A stretch of 63,686 bases of DNA, filler included, from Octopus bimaculoides (lineage: Eukaryota), in assembly GCF_001194135.2 (NCBI RefSeq). It is 4 parts of 4 records of this genome, joined end to end, with 100 filler letters (N's around TTAATTAATTAA, not from the genome) between each part and the next. Parts side by side here need not be neighbours in the genome. Positions count along the whole stretch, not along the records: positions 1 to 30,624 come from NC_068995.1; positions 30,725 to 53,250 come from NC_068981.1; 2 more parts are not named here. One strand, 5' to 3'. The notes beneath the pieces are model-generated. The model saw only the letters and a list, made by a program, of their open reading frames with translations. It was not told the DNA's origin and did no database searches. This document shows, in pieces, positions 27,530 through 40,756 of this stretch. Made by a program: the position numbers and the translations under genes. Within the stretch, counting starts at the first letter, position 1, and each line of letters opens with the position of its first letter.

Positions 27530-28497
27530 GGTTATATGTTCCCGGTCTAGTTCTTTTTAACAACAACTAAGTCATCTCCATCGAAATAGTCACCTTGCGC
27601 AGCAATACACCGGTCTCAGCGTTCTTGCTACTTTTGGAATCCGGCCTAGAAGTCGTTTTCCATAAGCTAGTGGTGGAGCTGTGAGTCACTCTAGATCTCG
27701 ACAATGGTATTAAAACGGTGACCTTTGTATTGCATTTTGATCTTTGGGAAGAGATGGAGTTTGAAAGTGCTAAAATTGGCGAATAGGTCGGATGCGAAAG
27801 CGAAACCATGTTGTTTCTAGTAAGAAACTAACGAGGGAGGAAAGCTCAACAGCGAATCCATTTCTTCGCGCTCCACAGATCATGCCGCTTTCACCGAGTG
27901 TCCTTCCTCCCAATTGAAGGAACAAAGCCCGAAATTTTAGGGGAAGGGGAGAGTCTATTAGATCGACCGAAGTACGCAACTGGTACTTAATTCATCTAAC
28001 CTGAAAGGATGAAAGGCAAAGTCCACCTCGGCGGATCTCTATTGATAGTCTAGTCCTAGGAGACGAATTCTCGATGCACAATACCACATTTCCGCGGGGT
28101 GGTATTCGTGGCAGTGCTTACAGATCGCTCATCGTCTTCCAGGGAAATTCTTCCGCTTTTGAAGCTTGCGTGCCACTCGAACCATTGTAAGCTTGCGTGC
28201 CACTCGAACCATTGTAAGCTTGCTGGATCATAGGCAATGTCTCTGTAGCAGGCTTCCCAAGTTTAATGCAAAATTTTACGTTGGGTCTTTGCTTCTGTCT
28301 TTGACAAAATCGCAGACTACAGCATACAAGTGATCGCAAAAACACAAATTTCACAACTTGCATAGTAAATACATTGATATCACTCGGCACACTGCCTCAT
28401 GATGGTCACTACTAGTTCTCACTGCGCACGCAAGCGTGTGCAGCCCTCTCTTGGTGCGCTACAGAACACTCCGAGAACTTTTTGATACCACCTAGTA
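27530..28497 (-). mobile_element. Internally deleted, SINE-interrupted mariner (Tc1/mariner) relic
   Basis: Has a 5' TIR TA-CTAGGTGGTATCAAAAAGTTCTCGG, an N-terminus QRPNVKFCIKLGKPATETLPMIQQAY and SLEDDERS followed by GIVHREFV. The C-terminus contains HPTYSPILA (YSPDLAP motif) and DRCIAAQGDYFDGD, with many stops. Confidence 0.85.
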
Positions 28498-30379
28498 TAA
28501 AAGGCCTGTTGTTAAATGAATCAATACAATTTTATGACAGACATTGCCTTCCGTAAACGTTAGCTATTATCTGGCTAAAATTTAAGAAAGACAATGCCAA
28601 CCTCACTGGATGGGTGATTGTTATTGCAAATGCACGTGTATACACCAATGGTGTGGTTTTTGGTAATTAATAGCTTAATATTTACTATGCTGAAGACCAT
28701 ACCTGAATTAGTTGAAATTCCAGATGCGGAAGGTTACGAACAAGTAATCCAGATTTCAACAAATATGATCAGAAATCGTGATTCTCAATTGTTTCCCTTT
28801 TCTTGCTTTATCTCATATTTTGATACCAAAACATTGCCTCATATATAGAAAATATTTTTATCAGACTGATAACTGAAATATTTTAACATATCTACTAATT
28901 TATAAATACCTAAAGTGAGCAAAATGTAAAGAATATTTATTGTGTTCTGCAACTGGCTATCGTACCATCTCAATGGATTTTTTTCATTTGTAAACAATAC
29001 TGGCCTAGATTTTGCCTTTTAGCTTAAAATTAAGAGAACCAAATTGTTTTTAAGTAACTGTTAATCAGCTTGGTAGCGCTATCCACAGCAGCAGAATGGT
29101 CAACTTGAGTTTATTGAATCTGTTAGAGTAGAAATTCAATTAATCGGTTTGTTTAACCATTCATTCAGTTTAATTTTAAATTTCATATCATATTGCTTCT
29201 GGAGACAATGCTTGATTTCACGGGTCTAGTAATACATTTCAAATATGTAAAATACTATGTAAAAGACGACTTAAAATACGAAACATTAAATTGAAATGTT
29301 TTCAATTACTTGTATTTTTTTTAAAATAACTCTGCTGAAGTTATTTATTCAACAGTTGACAATATATTAATTTATTCTCTTCCATTCACTATTTCAATGA
29401 GACTTTTTTCTCTTTGTCTATTAATTTATAGATTGCATTCAAGGGTTTCTCCAATTGTTTTCATAATTTAAACCTTAATGGGATGAGAATAGATGGAACG
29501 TGAGAAAAAAGACCAGATAAATAAAAGATATTAAGTTGTAATTTATCGGCGATAATGGAAAATTTTAAAGTTAATGTAAAGTTAAATTATGTTAGCAATA
29601 TTGTTCATATGTTTCTGAGTATCAAAACAAAATGCTTTGTTTATTTAATAAAAAGGTATATAGCACTTAGTTTTCCTTGCTCAGGAAAGCATATGATTAA
29701 TAGTAATCTAAATTTTGTATTTCGTAATAGAACATATTTCGAGAGATATTTGCAAAGGGGAATCATTCAAGATCAATTTCAGTTTAGAGCTAAGCAATAT
29801 AAACTGTTATAATTACAATGCTTTTTCTTCCACGTGTAGTGGTTGGATACATCTATCAACATCGCAGTTGACTTTTTGAAATTTTTCCGTTTAGGATCTA
29901 ATGTCTGTAACATAAAAAGCCAAAAATTACAGGATATTTTATATCCTTTTCTACTCAAGGAAAAAAGCCCGAAATTTTGGGGGAAGGGGAGAATCGATTA
30001 GATCGACCCCAGTACGCAACTGGTATTAATTCATCGAACTCGAAAGGGTTAAATGCAAAGTCCACCTCGGCGGAATTTGAAATCAGAACGTAAAGACAAG
30101 CGAAATACAAGATATTTCATATCAACACACTACCTGTTCTTAATGTCTTCTAACATTCTGCATAAAATAAAAGTATATATGCTTTTACACAAATAGTTTT
30201 ATACATATACATGCATACACACATAATATATATGTGTGTGTGTGTATGTATGTGTGTGTGTATGTATGTGTGTGTGTATGTATGTGTGTGTGTATGTGTA
30301 TAAGTGTACGCACACACATACATATGTATGTGTGTGTATTGTCTGTATGTATGTATGCATGTATATGTGTGTAAGTGTA

Positions 30380-30413
<34 letters not shown>

Positions 30414-30624
30414 ATTGTTATTATTGTTTTTGTTGCTGTTATTTTTGTCAGTGAACAGGTCGCGGTCTCAAAGCGACGAAAATATTTTGGGAAATTAGAT
30501 TTAAATGTTGAAGTTGTGTGTTTCTTAAATGGCTTATAAACACCTCCTACGCTGCAATTGTCTTCGTCCCAGCACACGATCTCTGATCAGGTCACTAGCT
30601 ATGCAAGTACATCTCCGTAATATA

Positions 30625-30724
30625 NNNNNNNNNNNNNNNNNNNNNNNNNNNNNNNNNNNNNNNNNNNNTTAATTAATTAANNNNNNNNNNNNNNNNNNNN
30701 NNNNNNNNNNNNNNNNNNNNNNNN
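30625..30724. other. Artificial scaffold-join linker (44 N + TTAATTAATTAA + 44 N)
   Basis: An identical 100-nt structure occurs three times, and the 12-mer gives stop codons in all six frames. Confidence 0.9.
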
Positions 30725-31716
30725 ATATTATTTAATAACAGCTTGATAAGTTCCATGCAACTTGAAGTTTTGTGAGCTTGTAAAAATGAATGTAACTCTT
30801 GAGAGTTAGATAACCATTATCACTTAACTGTAATTAAATAATATATGTAATTCCTAACAAATGTGTTGAGTGCCACTTCTTTTGCTTGTTCATTCACACA
30901 CATACATGTATAGACTGTAGATATGAATATAGACATAGTTTAGTGAGTTACAAGGCAATATCTCTAGAGCTGGTGCCATGATAAAAATGCTCAATATACT
31001 CTGTAAAGTGGTTGGCAGTAGGAAGGCAAACCATGCCAAAACTGAGACACTAGAGCAAGACATGGTCCTTCAACCTCTAGATTCTATTAAAAAGTTCAAA
31101 CCATGCCAGTATGGAAAGCAAACGTAAAATGATGCTAATGATATATTTTTTATGTATATATTTTATTATTTATTAAATGATAAAGAGGAACATGTACTTT
31201 ATTCAACCATCCTTTTCAATACAATTTGCCATATGTAATTAACTACAAAACTGAATGGTTGTCATGTATGGATTTTCCACAGGGACCAATATGTAATTTA
31301 ATAACTAGCAGTATTTGTGATGAAAAATTTGTTCCACTAAGTAAACCAATTTAATTTATGCAATAGCTGAAGCTAACTCTGATAGCCATATACTCCAGCT
31401 CTTTACAAAGCTCAAATAAAACTCACAACAGAGTATCGCTCTTACATTTAGGACAGATTGAATGTATAAAGACTCACTAACACATTGCAACATTTATCCC
31501 ATGTACCTGCTGTCTTTTCAATCTGTTCTTTACTACAATAGCATCTACTCTTCTCAACTAGCTGGATAATACCATCTCTCTTGTCTCTCCTCCTCTTGTT
31601 ATCCATACTGCCTCACCAAGTTCAACTGCCATTACCAATACTCGATTGACCACTACACAGTTAGTTCTTCCGCCAAAGAACATCAACCTTTTGGAATTCC
31701 TTCTCTCCCACCTTGC

Positions 31717-31945
31717 ATTCTTTTACTTTTATTCTTTTACTTGTTTCAGTCATTTCAATGTGGCCATGCTGGAGCACCACCTCAAGGGGTTATAGTCGAA
31801 CAAATCAACCCAGGACTTATTCTTTGTAAGCCTTGCACTTATTCTATCAGTCTCTCTTGAAAACTTCTAAGTAACAGGGAAGTAAACATACCAACATTGG
31901 TTGTCAAGCGATGGTGGTAGTGGGGGACAACACACAAGTACATAC

Positions 31946-32011
<66 letters not shown>

Positions 32012-32502
32012 NNNNNNNNNNNNNNNNNNNNNNNNNNNNNNNNNNNNNNNNNNNNNNNNNNNNNNNNNNNNNNNNNNNNNNNNNNNNNNNNNNNNNNNNN
32101 NNNNNNNNNNNNNNNNNNNNNNNNNNNNNNNNNNNNNNNNNNNNNNNNNNNNNNNNNNNNNNNNNNNNNNNNNNNNNNNNNNNNNNNNNNNNNNNNNNNN
32201 NNNNNNNNNNNNNNNNNNNNNNNNNNNNNNNNNNNNNNNNNNNNNNNNNNNNNNNNNNNNNNNNNNNNNNNNNNNNNNNNNNNNNNNNNNNNNNNNNNNN
32301 NNNNNNNNNNCGTTAAACGATGATGATGATGATGATGATATATGATGGGCTTCTTTCAGGTCCTGTCTACCAAATCCATTCACAAGGCTTTGGCCTGCCT
32401 TAGGCTATATTAAAAGACACCTGCCCAAGGTGCCACACAGTGGGACTGAACCCAGAACCATGTGGTAGAGAAACAAGCTTCTTACCACACAGTCATACCT
32501 GT
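31717..32502 (-). mobile_element. SINE family A spanning a gap
   Basis: 3' half at 31717-31960 and 5' half at 32345-32502. Confidence 0.75.
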
Positions 32503-35500
32503 GGGATTTTTATAGTATTGTTGATTTGCAACTGTTCAAGAGAAATGATAGCAGCATTAATCTCATTGGTCTGTGAATGTCATTGGCATGATTCCTTCTT
32601 CAGACCAAATAAATAACTCTTTCTACTATAGACAAAAGGCGTGGAATTTTTTGGGGGATGGGCTGTGGTGATGAGGGTATGTCTATCACAGCAACCTCAG
32701 TGTTTAACTGGTACTTCTACTGATCCTGAAAGAATGAAAAGCAAAGTCAACTTTGGTGGAATTTGAACTCAGAATGTAAAGCTGGAAGAAATGCCACTAA
32801 GCAGAAAAAAGAAAAGAAAGAGGCTACATAAGCTGGTGCCATGTTAAAAACACCCAACACACACTGTAAAGTGGCTAGCATTAGGAACGGCATCCAGCCA
32901 TAGAAATCAAGCCAAATCAGACTGGAACCTGGTGCAACTCTCCGGCTTGCTAGCTCTGGTCAAATTGTCCAACCTATGCCAGCATGGAAAATGGACATTA
33001 AAGGACGATGATGATAAGGCAATTGAGAGAGCCACTATGAAATCATTCAATATAATAAAAATACTAGCCAAAATCTCTCTCAAATAATTCTATAAAAAGA
33101 AAGACACAGTTGATAATGTAGCCCTAGATACTGTATGCCTGGAAAAAAAAATAAAAGACTTAATAGTTAAAGCTGGAATAGCTTAGATCATAGATCTGCT
33201 TGATTACAACTGCACTGGAGCTAAAACAACAACAACAGCAGAGGCTGTATATTTCCGTAAGAATTCTTTCTACTTTGCACGATATTGAATCAAATGAAAT
33301 TTCGTCTTCTGTTTCCCACACATTCTCTCATACTTACTAAATCTCTTATTCAATTCTTACAAGACATATGAAGTTGTATTACATTTGATAGGGAGTGAAA
33401 GCTGTCATATTCTGTCAGTTATAATTAATCTTGAGAAATGCTCTCATTCTGATAGATTTATGCTGCTTCATTGAACTGGTTTAGGCAGTTACTAGTAAGT
33501 CATCTACTACTTTCTTAGTCAAGACACTCCATCCCACCTCGTACAGCTAATTCCAAGATGTGTCAATGAGGAACCTCTACATGGTCACTTGGCTTACTAG
33601 AAATAGCAATCAAATCTCTAACTCTATCAACTCTCACTTTAACCACCTTAAACAAGTGAATGTACACTGAATAATGCAGTCCAAGATACCTTGTATCTGA
33701 AAACAAGACAGCAATACCTGGAACACCTTAGGTCTGTTTGATCAAGGCTGACCTGAGATATTAAATAATGACAACAGTGATAATTAATTCTTGGTTGAAT
33801 TTCACCTCATGAAATGGAAAAGATTTTGCAATTGTGATCATTCTGAAAATGACTTATTATATGTGAGTGTGTCTTATTTTTTTATAAGTTTCTTTAAGTG
33901 CTGAGAAAAGGGAAGCTCTCATAACTCATTTTAGGGCTTCTAATACTGGCTGGATGTAGTTATCCTGAAAACAGAAATCTGGCTTGAATACCTTCCAACA
34001 GAATGAACTCTACTAAAAGTACCCAAAAGGAATCAAACATTCATGTTAAACTGGGCAAAATAACACAGATAAGAAGAAAAAGTAACTGGCACTCTGTCGG
34101 TTAAGACAACGAGGGTTCCAGTTGATTTGATCAACAAAATAACTTGCTTGTGAAATTAATGCAAATATAGTTGAGCACTCTGCAAACATGTGTACTGTTA
34201 ACATAGTTCTCAGAGAGATTTAGCATGACATAGAATGTGACAAGGCTGGCCTTTGAAATACAGGTACAACTCATTTTTGCTAGTTGCATTGTCTGGAACA
34301 ACATGAAATAAAGTGTCTTGCTCAAGGACAGAACATGTTGCTGGGAATTGAACTCACGACCCAAATACCCTAACCACTAAGCCACACTTAGAAAAAGTAT
34401 ATACAGATAAAAGAAACATATGTCTCCCTATGAACAATTTGAGAGAGTTGTATAATTAAATACTGTGTTATCTGGCATACAAATCAACATAGTTTAAAAC
34501 AGACATTCTAATATTGCTACTGTGTTTCCAAACCTTGTAGTATTTCACATGGAATTTTTAGTCCTGCAAAGTTGTCTTGGTGTGTAAGTTGACCTACTTT
34601 TTTGCCTGTAAATTTTAGTTTGAAATCTTCAACTTGCAATGCCAGAAAATATGGCAATGTTGGTGGATTCTAGAATTAGTTGCATAAAGATATTCTGAAG
34701 AAAGAAACAAGTCAGTCAGCTAATAGATGCACTCAACTGTTTGTATCACTCTGCAACCTTCAGCATCTGTGCTGATATCTAATACTTAAATGAAAGTCAG
34801 GGCATCTGAGAAGAATTTTATCAGGGTGCACAAAATTTCTTCCAGGCCTGTTCCCTTTCTGTGAATGCTAATCTTCAATACGAAGTGATAAGTTAACTGA
34901 GTTATTAGATAGAACATGGGATAGAATGCCTTGTGGTATTCATTCAAGTTCTCTGTGTTACCTTTCATCTTTTCAGAAGTTAATGAATAAAGTACCTGTT
35001 CAGTACTGGGGTTAGCACCTTTTTTTCTTTTCCACTCTCCCAGGAAGAAACTGGCAGTGTTCAAACTTGGAGAGGGATAGGTTCCACCAGGTTTAAAGTA
35101 TTAAAAACATATTATATGTCAGGACAGCACCCTAATGAATCCATTAGGAGTTGAGTTTTCTAAGAAGGGCGGAAGGATATCTCCAAATCATGTATATCAA
35201 ACTGTATGTCAAGGACCACATTGTCCAATTTACTGAAGACAAATAGGTTATGATTTGAGAGAGATTTACCAGCTATTTTATCAGGGCAAGTGATAAGGAT
35301 AGAGGCTCCTTTGTTACTGCTATAGTTCATGTGCTTAGGCCAAATCTAAACACAAACAATTAGACAACCAGAAGCTATAGGTTATGCATACCAGATACTA
35401 AAATGTTTAAGGGTTAGTGAAGGACAATGCTTATTGCCTATCCACCTGGTCTTGTTTTAGGTAGTGAGTTGGTAGAATTGTTATAGCCTTAGATAGAACA

Positions 35501-36104
35501 CTTGTTATATTTGTTCCAACTTTCTAGTCACACAGCCATACCTGGTATACATACTGCATGGTATACATACAAATGACAGCTTCCACACAATTTCTGATAG
35601 CCAAATTATACTAATATAATGTATTAGTTAATCTGTAGCTATAGTAGAAAATAGTTACCCTAGGTGCCATGCAGAGTGATTGAACTCAAAACCATGTGTT
35701 TACAAAGTAAACTTAACTACACAACCATGCTTGTACTCCTTGTAGGAATATGTGTGTGTAGATTTGTATGTCTGTGTATGCATAGTCATTCTTACTCTCT
35801 CCCCAAAATGTGAGTAGTCATATAGCTGTTCTACCCCAACCTCTTCCCTCTTATATTAACTTTCAGCTAATATACAGAGGCAACAGCTTCCCTCCTTGGG
35901 TTTGTAGACTTGTGAGTTACATGGTGACCTAGTGCTGGTGGCAAAAAAAAGGCACTCAGTAGACACTGTAAAATGGTTACCATTAAGAAGGGCATCTAAC
36001 CATTAGAAACCATGCCAAAGTAGACACTGGAGTATGGTGCAGTCCTTCACTCACTGGATTCTTGTCAAACTGCCAAACCCATGCCAGCATGGAACATGAA
36101 TATT

Positions 36105-36450
36105 AAATGACCTAACTTGGAGGGAATCTGTGGAAGAGGTAGACCCAGGAAGACATAGGATGAGATGGTGAAATATGATCTTTGGATGTTGAGTCTCATG
36201 GAGCGATGACAAGTGACCAAAACCTTTGGCAATTTGCTGTGCTTGAGAAGACATATCAAGTTAAGTGAAATCATAGTCATCACCGGTGCTGGTAGTGCAT
36301 GAAAGGCACCTAGTACACTCTGTAGAGTGGTTGACATTAGGAAGGACATCTAGCAATAGAAACTAAGCCAAAATAGACTGGAGCCCAGTGCAGCCAAACT
36401 GTCTTACCCATGCTAGTATGCAAAATGGATGCTATATGATGATGATGATG
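36105..36450 (+). mobile_element. RTE LINE 3' fragment
   Basis: ggaagaggtagacccaggaagac (GRGRPRK) followed by the same 3' UTR and a (GAT)n tail. Confidence 0.75.
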
Positions 36451-37107
36451 GTGTTGACATGTGTATGTGTGTGTATACATGTTCTACGTATTGTATGCAT
36501 GTGTGTGTATGTACAATTGTGTAAATGTATATATGTATTGTTGTGCTTTTTATTGTACACAGATACACACACGCACACTTGCTTTCTATGTATAAAACTA
36601 ATGTTAAATGAGAAATCAGAGAAGAATGGAAATGCAGTGAAGAGTGACAGAAATTATTATCTTTGTATTTTACGATTTGCTGTACAATTTTTTTGTTAGC
36701 TTTCTTTTATTTCTAGAGGACAAAAGCAAGAATAAAATAAAAATAGAACATATAAATAACAACAAGAACAAAACAAACTCATAAATAAACAAATGTTTTG
36801 TTGCAGCAATATTCAGTCCTTTTTCTTGAATTTTTATTTCTTTTATTTCCTTTCTTTCTTTTTTTTTAATTTTTTAATTTTTATCTTAACCTGAAAGCAC
36901 AGTGTTGCTTTTAAAAAAAAAGATGACAGCATGGTAACAGTTAGATCTAAAGTCACTTTAGTGTCTGAATCTGACTCTGAAGTAGCTTTAATGAGGGATG
37001 GCATGAAAGAATTATCTCTTCATCTCACAGCAGCAGCACAAACTCTTGTTAACAAATACAAACCAAAGCTGGAAAACAAGAGAAGACACAAATACACACA
37101 CATGAAG

Positions 37108-37138
<31 letters not shown>

Positions 37139-37759
37139 AACATGTGCACACACACACACATAAACATGTGCACACACACACAAAGGAAAAGAAAAAGAAA
37201 AAATAATTCTTTTGAGTCGGAGAAGTCAATCAAATTCAAGAGATCATAAATTGAGAATTAATTCTGCCAGTTTAAATTTAAAGAAAGACTCTTTCACCTA
37301 CCATCTTTCCCACTCCCCAGCAACGTGTCCATGTCCACCAACACCAACACTGGTAGTGCCAACACCACCACCACCAACAACAACACACACACACATGAGC
37401 ACAAGATTTAACAGAAGTTTGAAAATAAAAACATAGACAACCAATATGGAATACAGTGATAACAAAACCATGCATACATACATATACATATACCAACACA
37501 AACATATGTATTTCTCTTTCTCTCTCTCTCTCTCTCTCATACACACACACACACACACACATATAAGGTCATTAAGAATGAAATGTCCGATTTTCTTATG
37601 CACCAAGTTTGACAGTCATTAACACTAATGTTTTACCCTGACAATTCTTTGTTTTACAACATTGAAGAATTACATCTTCAGTTTTTGAAATGCAATCCAT
37701 GGTGTCTGATTATATTGTGAGTTATCTCTTGTAAGTCAATTTTTGTGAACCCATGGATA

Positions 37760-37938
37760 GATAAAAAATTTGTGTTGTTTATGAATATGAATTCCGTCAT
37801 GGAACCAATGCATCCCAGACAGCTTGAAACATCAATGAGGTGTTTGGTGAAGATGTGGCGAATGAGCGCACTGTATGCCGATGGTTTAAGAAGTTCTGGT
37901 CTGGTGACTTTACTCTTGAAAATCAGCCCTGTGGTAGA
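37760..37938 (+). mobile_element. Mariner transposase N-terminal (HTH) fragment, cut by a gap
   Basis: YEYEFRHGTNASQTA*NINEVFGEDVANERTVCRWFKKFWSGDFTLENQPCGR resembles the Mos1/Hsmar1 DNA-binding domain. Confidence 0.8.
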
Positions 37939-38340
37939 NNNNNNNNNNNNNNNNNNNNNNNNNNNNNNNNNNNNNNNNNNNNNNNNNNNNNNNNNNNNNN
38001 NNNNNNNNNNNNNNNNNNNNNNNNNNNNNNNNNNNNNNCACCTTGAAGGATTTTAGTCAAACAACTTGACCCTAATATACACATGTATGTTTGTGCATGA
38101 GCTGGGGAGTGTGAGAGAGTTCAGATTAGCAAATGAGAGACGTATGTAATGGGTGAAAGTGTAGCTGTGTAGTTAAGGTGTTCACTTCACAACATTGCAA
38201 TGCCAGACACAAGGCCGCTTGGGCAGGCAAGAAACTCTTGCCATAACCTCAAGATAACTAATATTTTGTAAGTGGTATTTGATATAGAGAAAGTAGGTCA
38301 AAGTTCAATGGATCCTATGTGTGTGTGTCTGTGTGTTTAT

Positions 38341-38690
38341 ATTCTCTTATTCTTTTACTTGTTTCAATCATTTGACTATGGCCATTCTGGAGCACCAACT
38401 TGAAGGGTTTTAGCCGAACAAATTGACCCCAGGACTTATTATTTAAGTCAAGTACTTATTTTATCAGTCTCTTGTGCTGAACTGCAAAGTCAGAGGGATA
38501 TAAACACAGCAACACTGGTTGCCAAGTGGTAATGGAGAGGGAGGCAAATGCAAACACAAAGACACACACATGGCACACACACACACATTATACATATATA
38601 CGATGGGCTTTTTTTAGTTTGCATCTACCAAATCCACTCAAAAGACTTTAGTCAACCTGAGGCTATAGTAGAAGACACTTGCCCAAGGTG
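38341..38690 (-). mobile_element. SINE family A
   Basis: Reverse complement of the 40227 element. Confidence 0.8.
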
Positions 38691-39047
38691 CCATTAAAGT
38701 AGTAATGAAAATAAACATAGTAAGAATTGATATAAATATATTCACATGAAACACAAAACATAGAGAATAAAATATGAAAAAGATATGTAATACTTTAAAT
38801 CGACAACTCAGTTCTGGTGACAGGTAAAAAGCACCCATGCCTGTGACATGTAAAAAACACCCAATACACCCTGCAAAGTGGTTGGTGTTAGGAAGGGCAT
38901 CCTGCTGTAGAAACCATGCCAAAACAGACAACTGGAGCCAGGTGCAGTTCTCTAGCTTACCAGTCCTAGTCAAACCGTTTAACCCATGCCAGCATGGAGA
39001 ACAGATGTCAAATGATGACGATGACTGTATGTATGTATGTATATATA

Positions 39048-39087
39048 CTAGCTTAAAAACTGCTCTGTTGGGCGGTTTTTAAGCTAG
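39048..39087. repeat. 40-nt hairpin, candidate Helitron-like 3' terminus
   Basis: CTAGCTTAAAAACTGC tctgttgg GCGGTTTTTAAGCTAG. On the minus strand a GC-rich hairpin core is followed by ...TAAGCTAG|TATA. Confidence 0.4.
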
Positions 39088-39929
39088 CTCGTGTGGAGGG
39101 CTCTTTATTGGGCCTTGAGCCCAACAATGACACTTCATACATTGAGTATATATATATATATAAAATTTTATTATTAAACTTGAACAATATTTTCAAGCAA
39201 TGAACAATTTTCATCAAAACAATGATATTGCAAAGCTGCATGATAAACAACGGTAGCACACCACCTTCGCCACCACATCTGCCATACACATGTCATTCAG
39301 ACTTCTGATGCCACCACTATCAATACTTTTGACTTTGCCACCCTCCCCTCCATCACCATCAACACTGTCTTTCACATCGCTTACTCTCACTGTCATCCCT
39401 GGCCACTTCGGCCACCACCACCACCACCACCACCACCACCACCACCAATGTCATCACTGCCACCTCTGCTTCTTTCACAACTACAGTTCATACTATTACT
39501 ATCACCCCATTATCACCACAAAAAGGCTAAATGTGTGTGTAAAAGAATTCAATGTTCAGTCAGTTCAGTATGTTGGTTCAGTGTTCAGTCTCGCTTTCTC
39601 CCACATACCCACTCTTTCTCTCTCTCTTATTATTACTCTGACTGACACCATTAACACTACTACTATTAATAAGACATCATCAACTCTCCCTAAATTTCTT
39701 TGTCTCTCTTTCTCTCTCTCTGTCCCTCTTTGCCACTGCCCTCACCGTGTCTATGCCTATTACTCTCACCCCAACATGAGCAATAGTAGAACTGCTATCG
39801 AATAGCACGAGAGGGGGTGAAAGTGTGACACACTGACACACAGAAATTAGTTTTCACATTTATTATATTAGATTGGCGCAAAGCAGTGTTTAGGTATGAG
39901 CACAATTTAGGCTGGTTGAAAAGTATATA

Positions 39930-40080
39930 TATGGCGTTAGGAAGGGCATCCAGCTGTAGAAACTCTGCCAAATTAGACTGGCGCCTGGTGTTGCCATCCG
40001 GTTTCACCAGTCCTCAGTCAAATCGTCCAACCCATGCTAGCATGGAAAGCGGACGTTAAACGATGATGATGATGATGATG
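39930..40080 (+). mobile_element. RTE-3'UTR-derived short repeat (young copy). Other copies near 30960-31140, 32825-33015, 35930-36105, 38810-39025, 46300-46640 and 57410-57750 (+), and 47815-48090, 51640-51830 and 52050-52480 (-)
   Basis: Shared ggcgttaggaagggcatccagctgtagaaac...cccatgctagcatggaaagcggacgttaaacgatgatgat. Confidence 0.8.
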
Positions 40081-40131
40081 ATATACACATATGTATTTAT
40101 ACATGTGTATGTATGTATGTATGTATGTATG

Positions 40132-40166
<35 letters not shown>

Positions 40167-40226
40167 ATGTGTTTTTGCTATAATTCTATAATTTCTTGCA
40201 GTAATTGATAGATGAGGGTTCCACAA

Positions 40227-40387
40227 GGAGTGGCTGTGTGGGAAGTAGCTTGCTTACCAATCACATGGTTCCGGGTTCAGTCCCACTGCGTGGCATCTTG
40301 GGCAAGTGTCTTCTACTATAGCCTCGGGCCGACCAAAGCCTTGTGAGTGAATTTGGTAGACGGAAACTGAAAGAAGCCCGTCGTATA

Positions 40388-40422
<35 letters not shown>

Positions 40423-40630
40423 NNNNNNNNNNTATATATGTGTGTGTTTGTGTGTCTGTGTTTGTCCCCCTAGCATTGCTTGACAACCAATGCTGGTGTG
40501 TTTATGTCCCCGTCAATTAGCAGTTTGGCAATAGAGATCGATAGAATAAGTCCCGGGGTCGATTTGCTCGATTAAAGGCGGTGCTCCAGCATGGCCGCAG
40601 TCAAGTGACTGAAACAAGTAAAAGAGTAAA

Positions 40631-40631
<1 letters not shown>
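40227..40631 (+). mobile_element. tRNA-derived SINE family A, full-length
   Basis: ggagtggctgtgtgg...ggttcagtcccactgcgtggc...(TA)n...ccagcatggccgcagtcaagtgactgaaacaagtaaaagag; many copies in the window. Confidence 0.85.
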
Positions 40632-40661
<30 letters not shown>

Positions 40662-40707
40662 TGTATTTATACATGTGTGTGTGTGAGTATGTATGTATGT
40701 ATGTATG

Positions 40708-40756
<49 letters not shown>

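Noticed and set aside
36900-37110. Protein-like + strand ORF (MVTVRSKVTLVSESDSEVALMRDG...)
   Set aside because: No recognisable family and no donor site; it runs into a (CA)n repeat.
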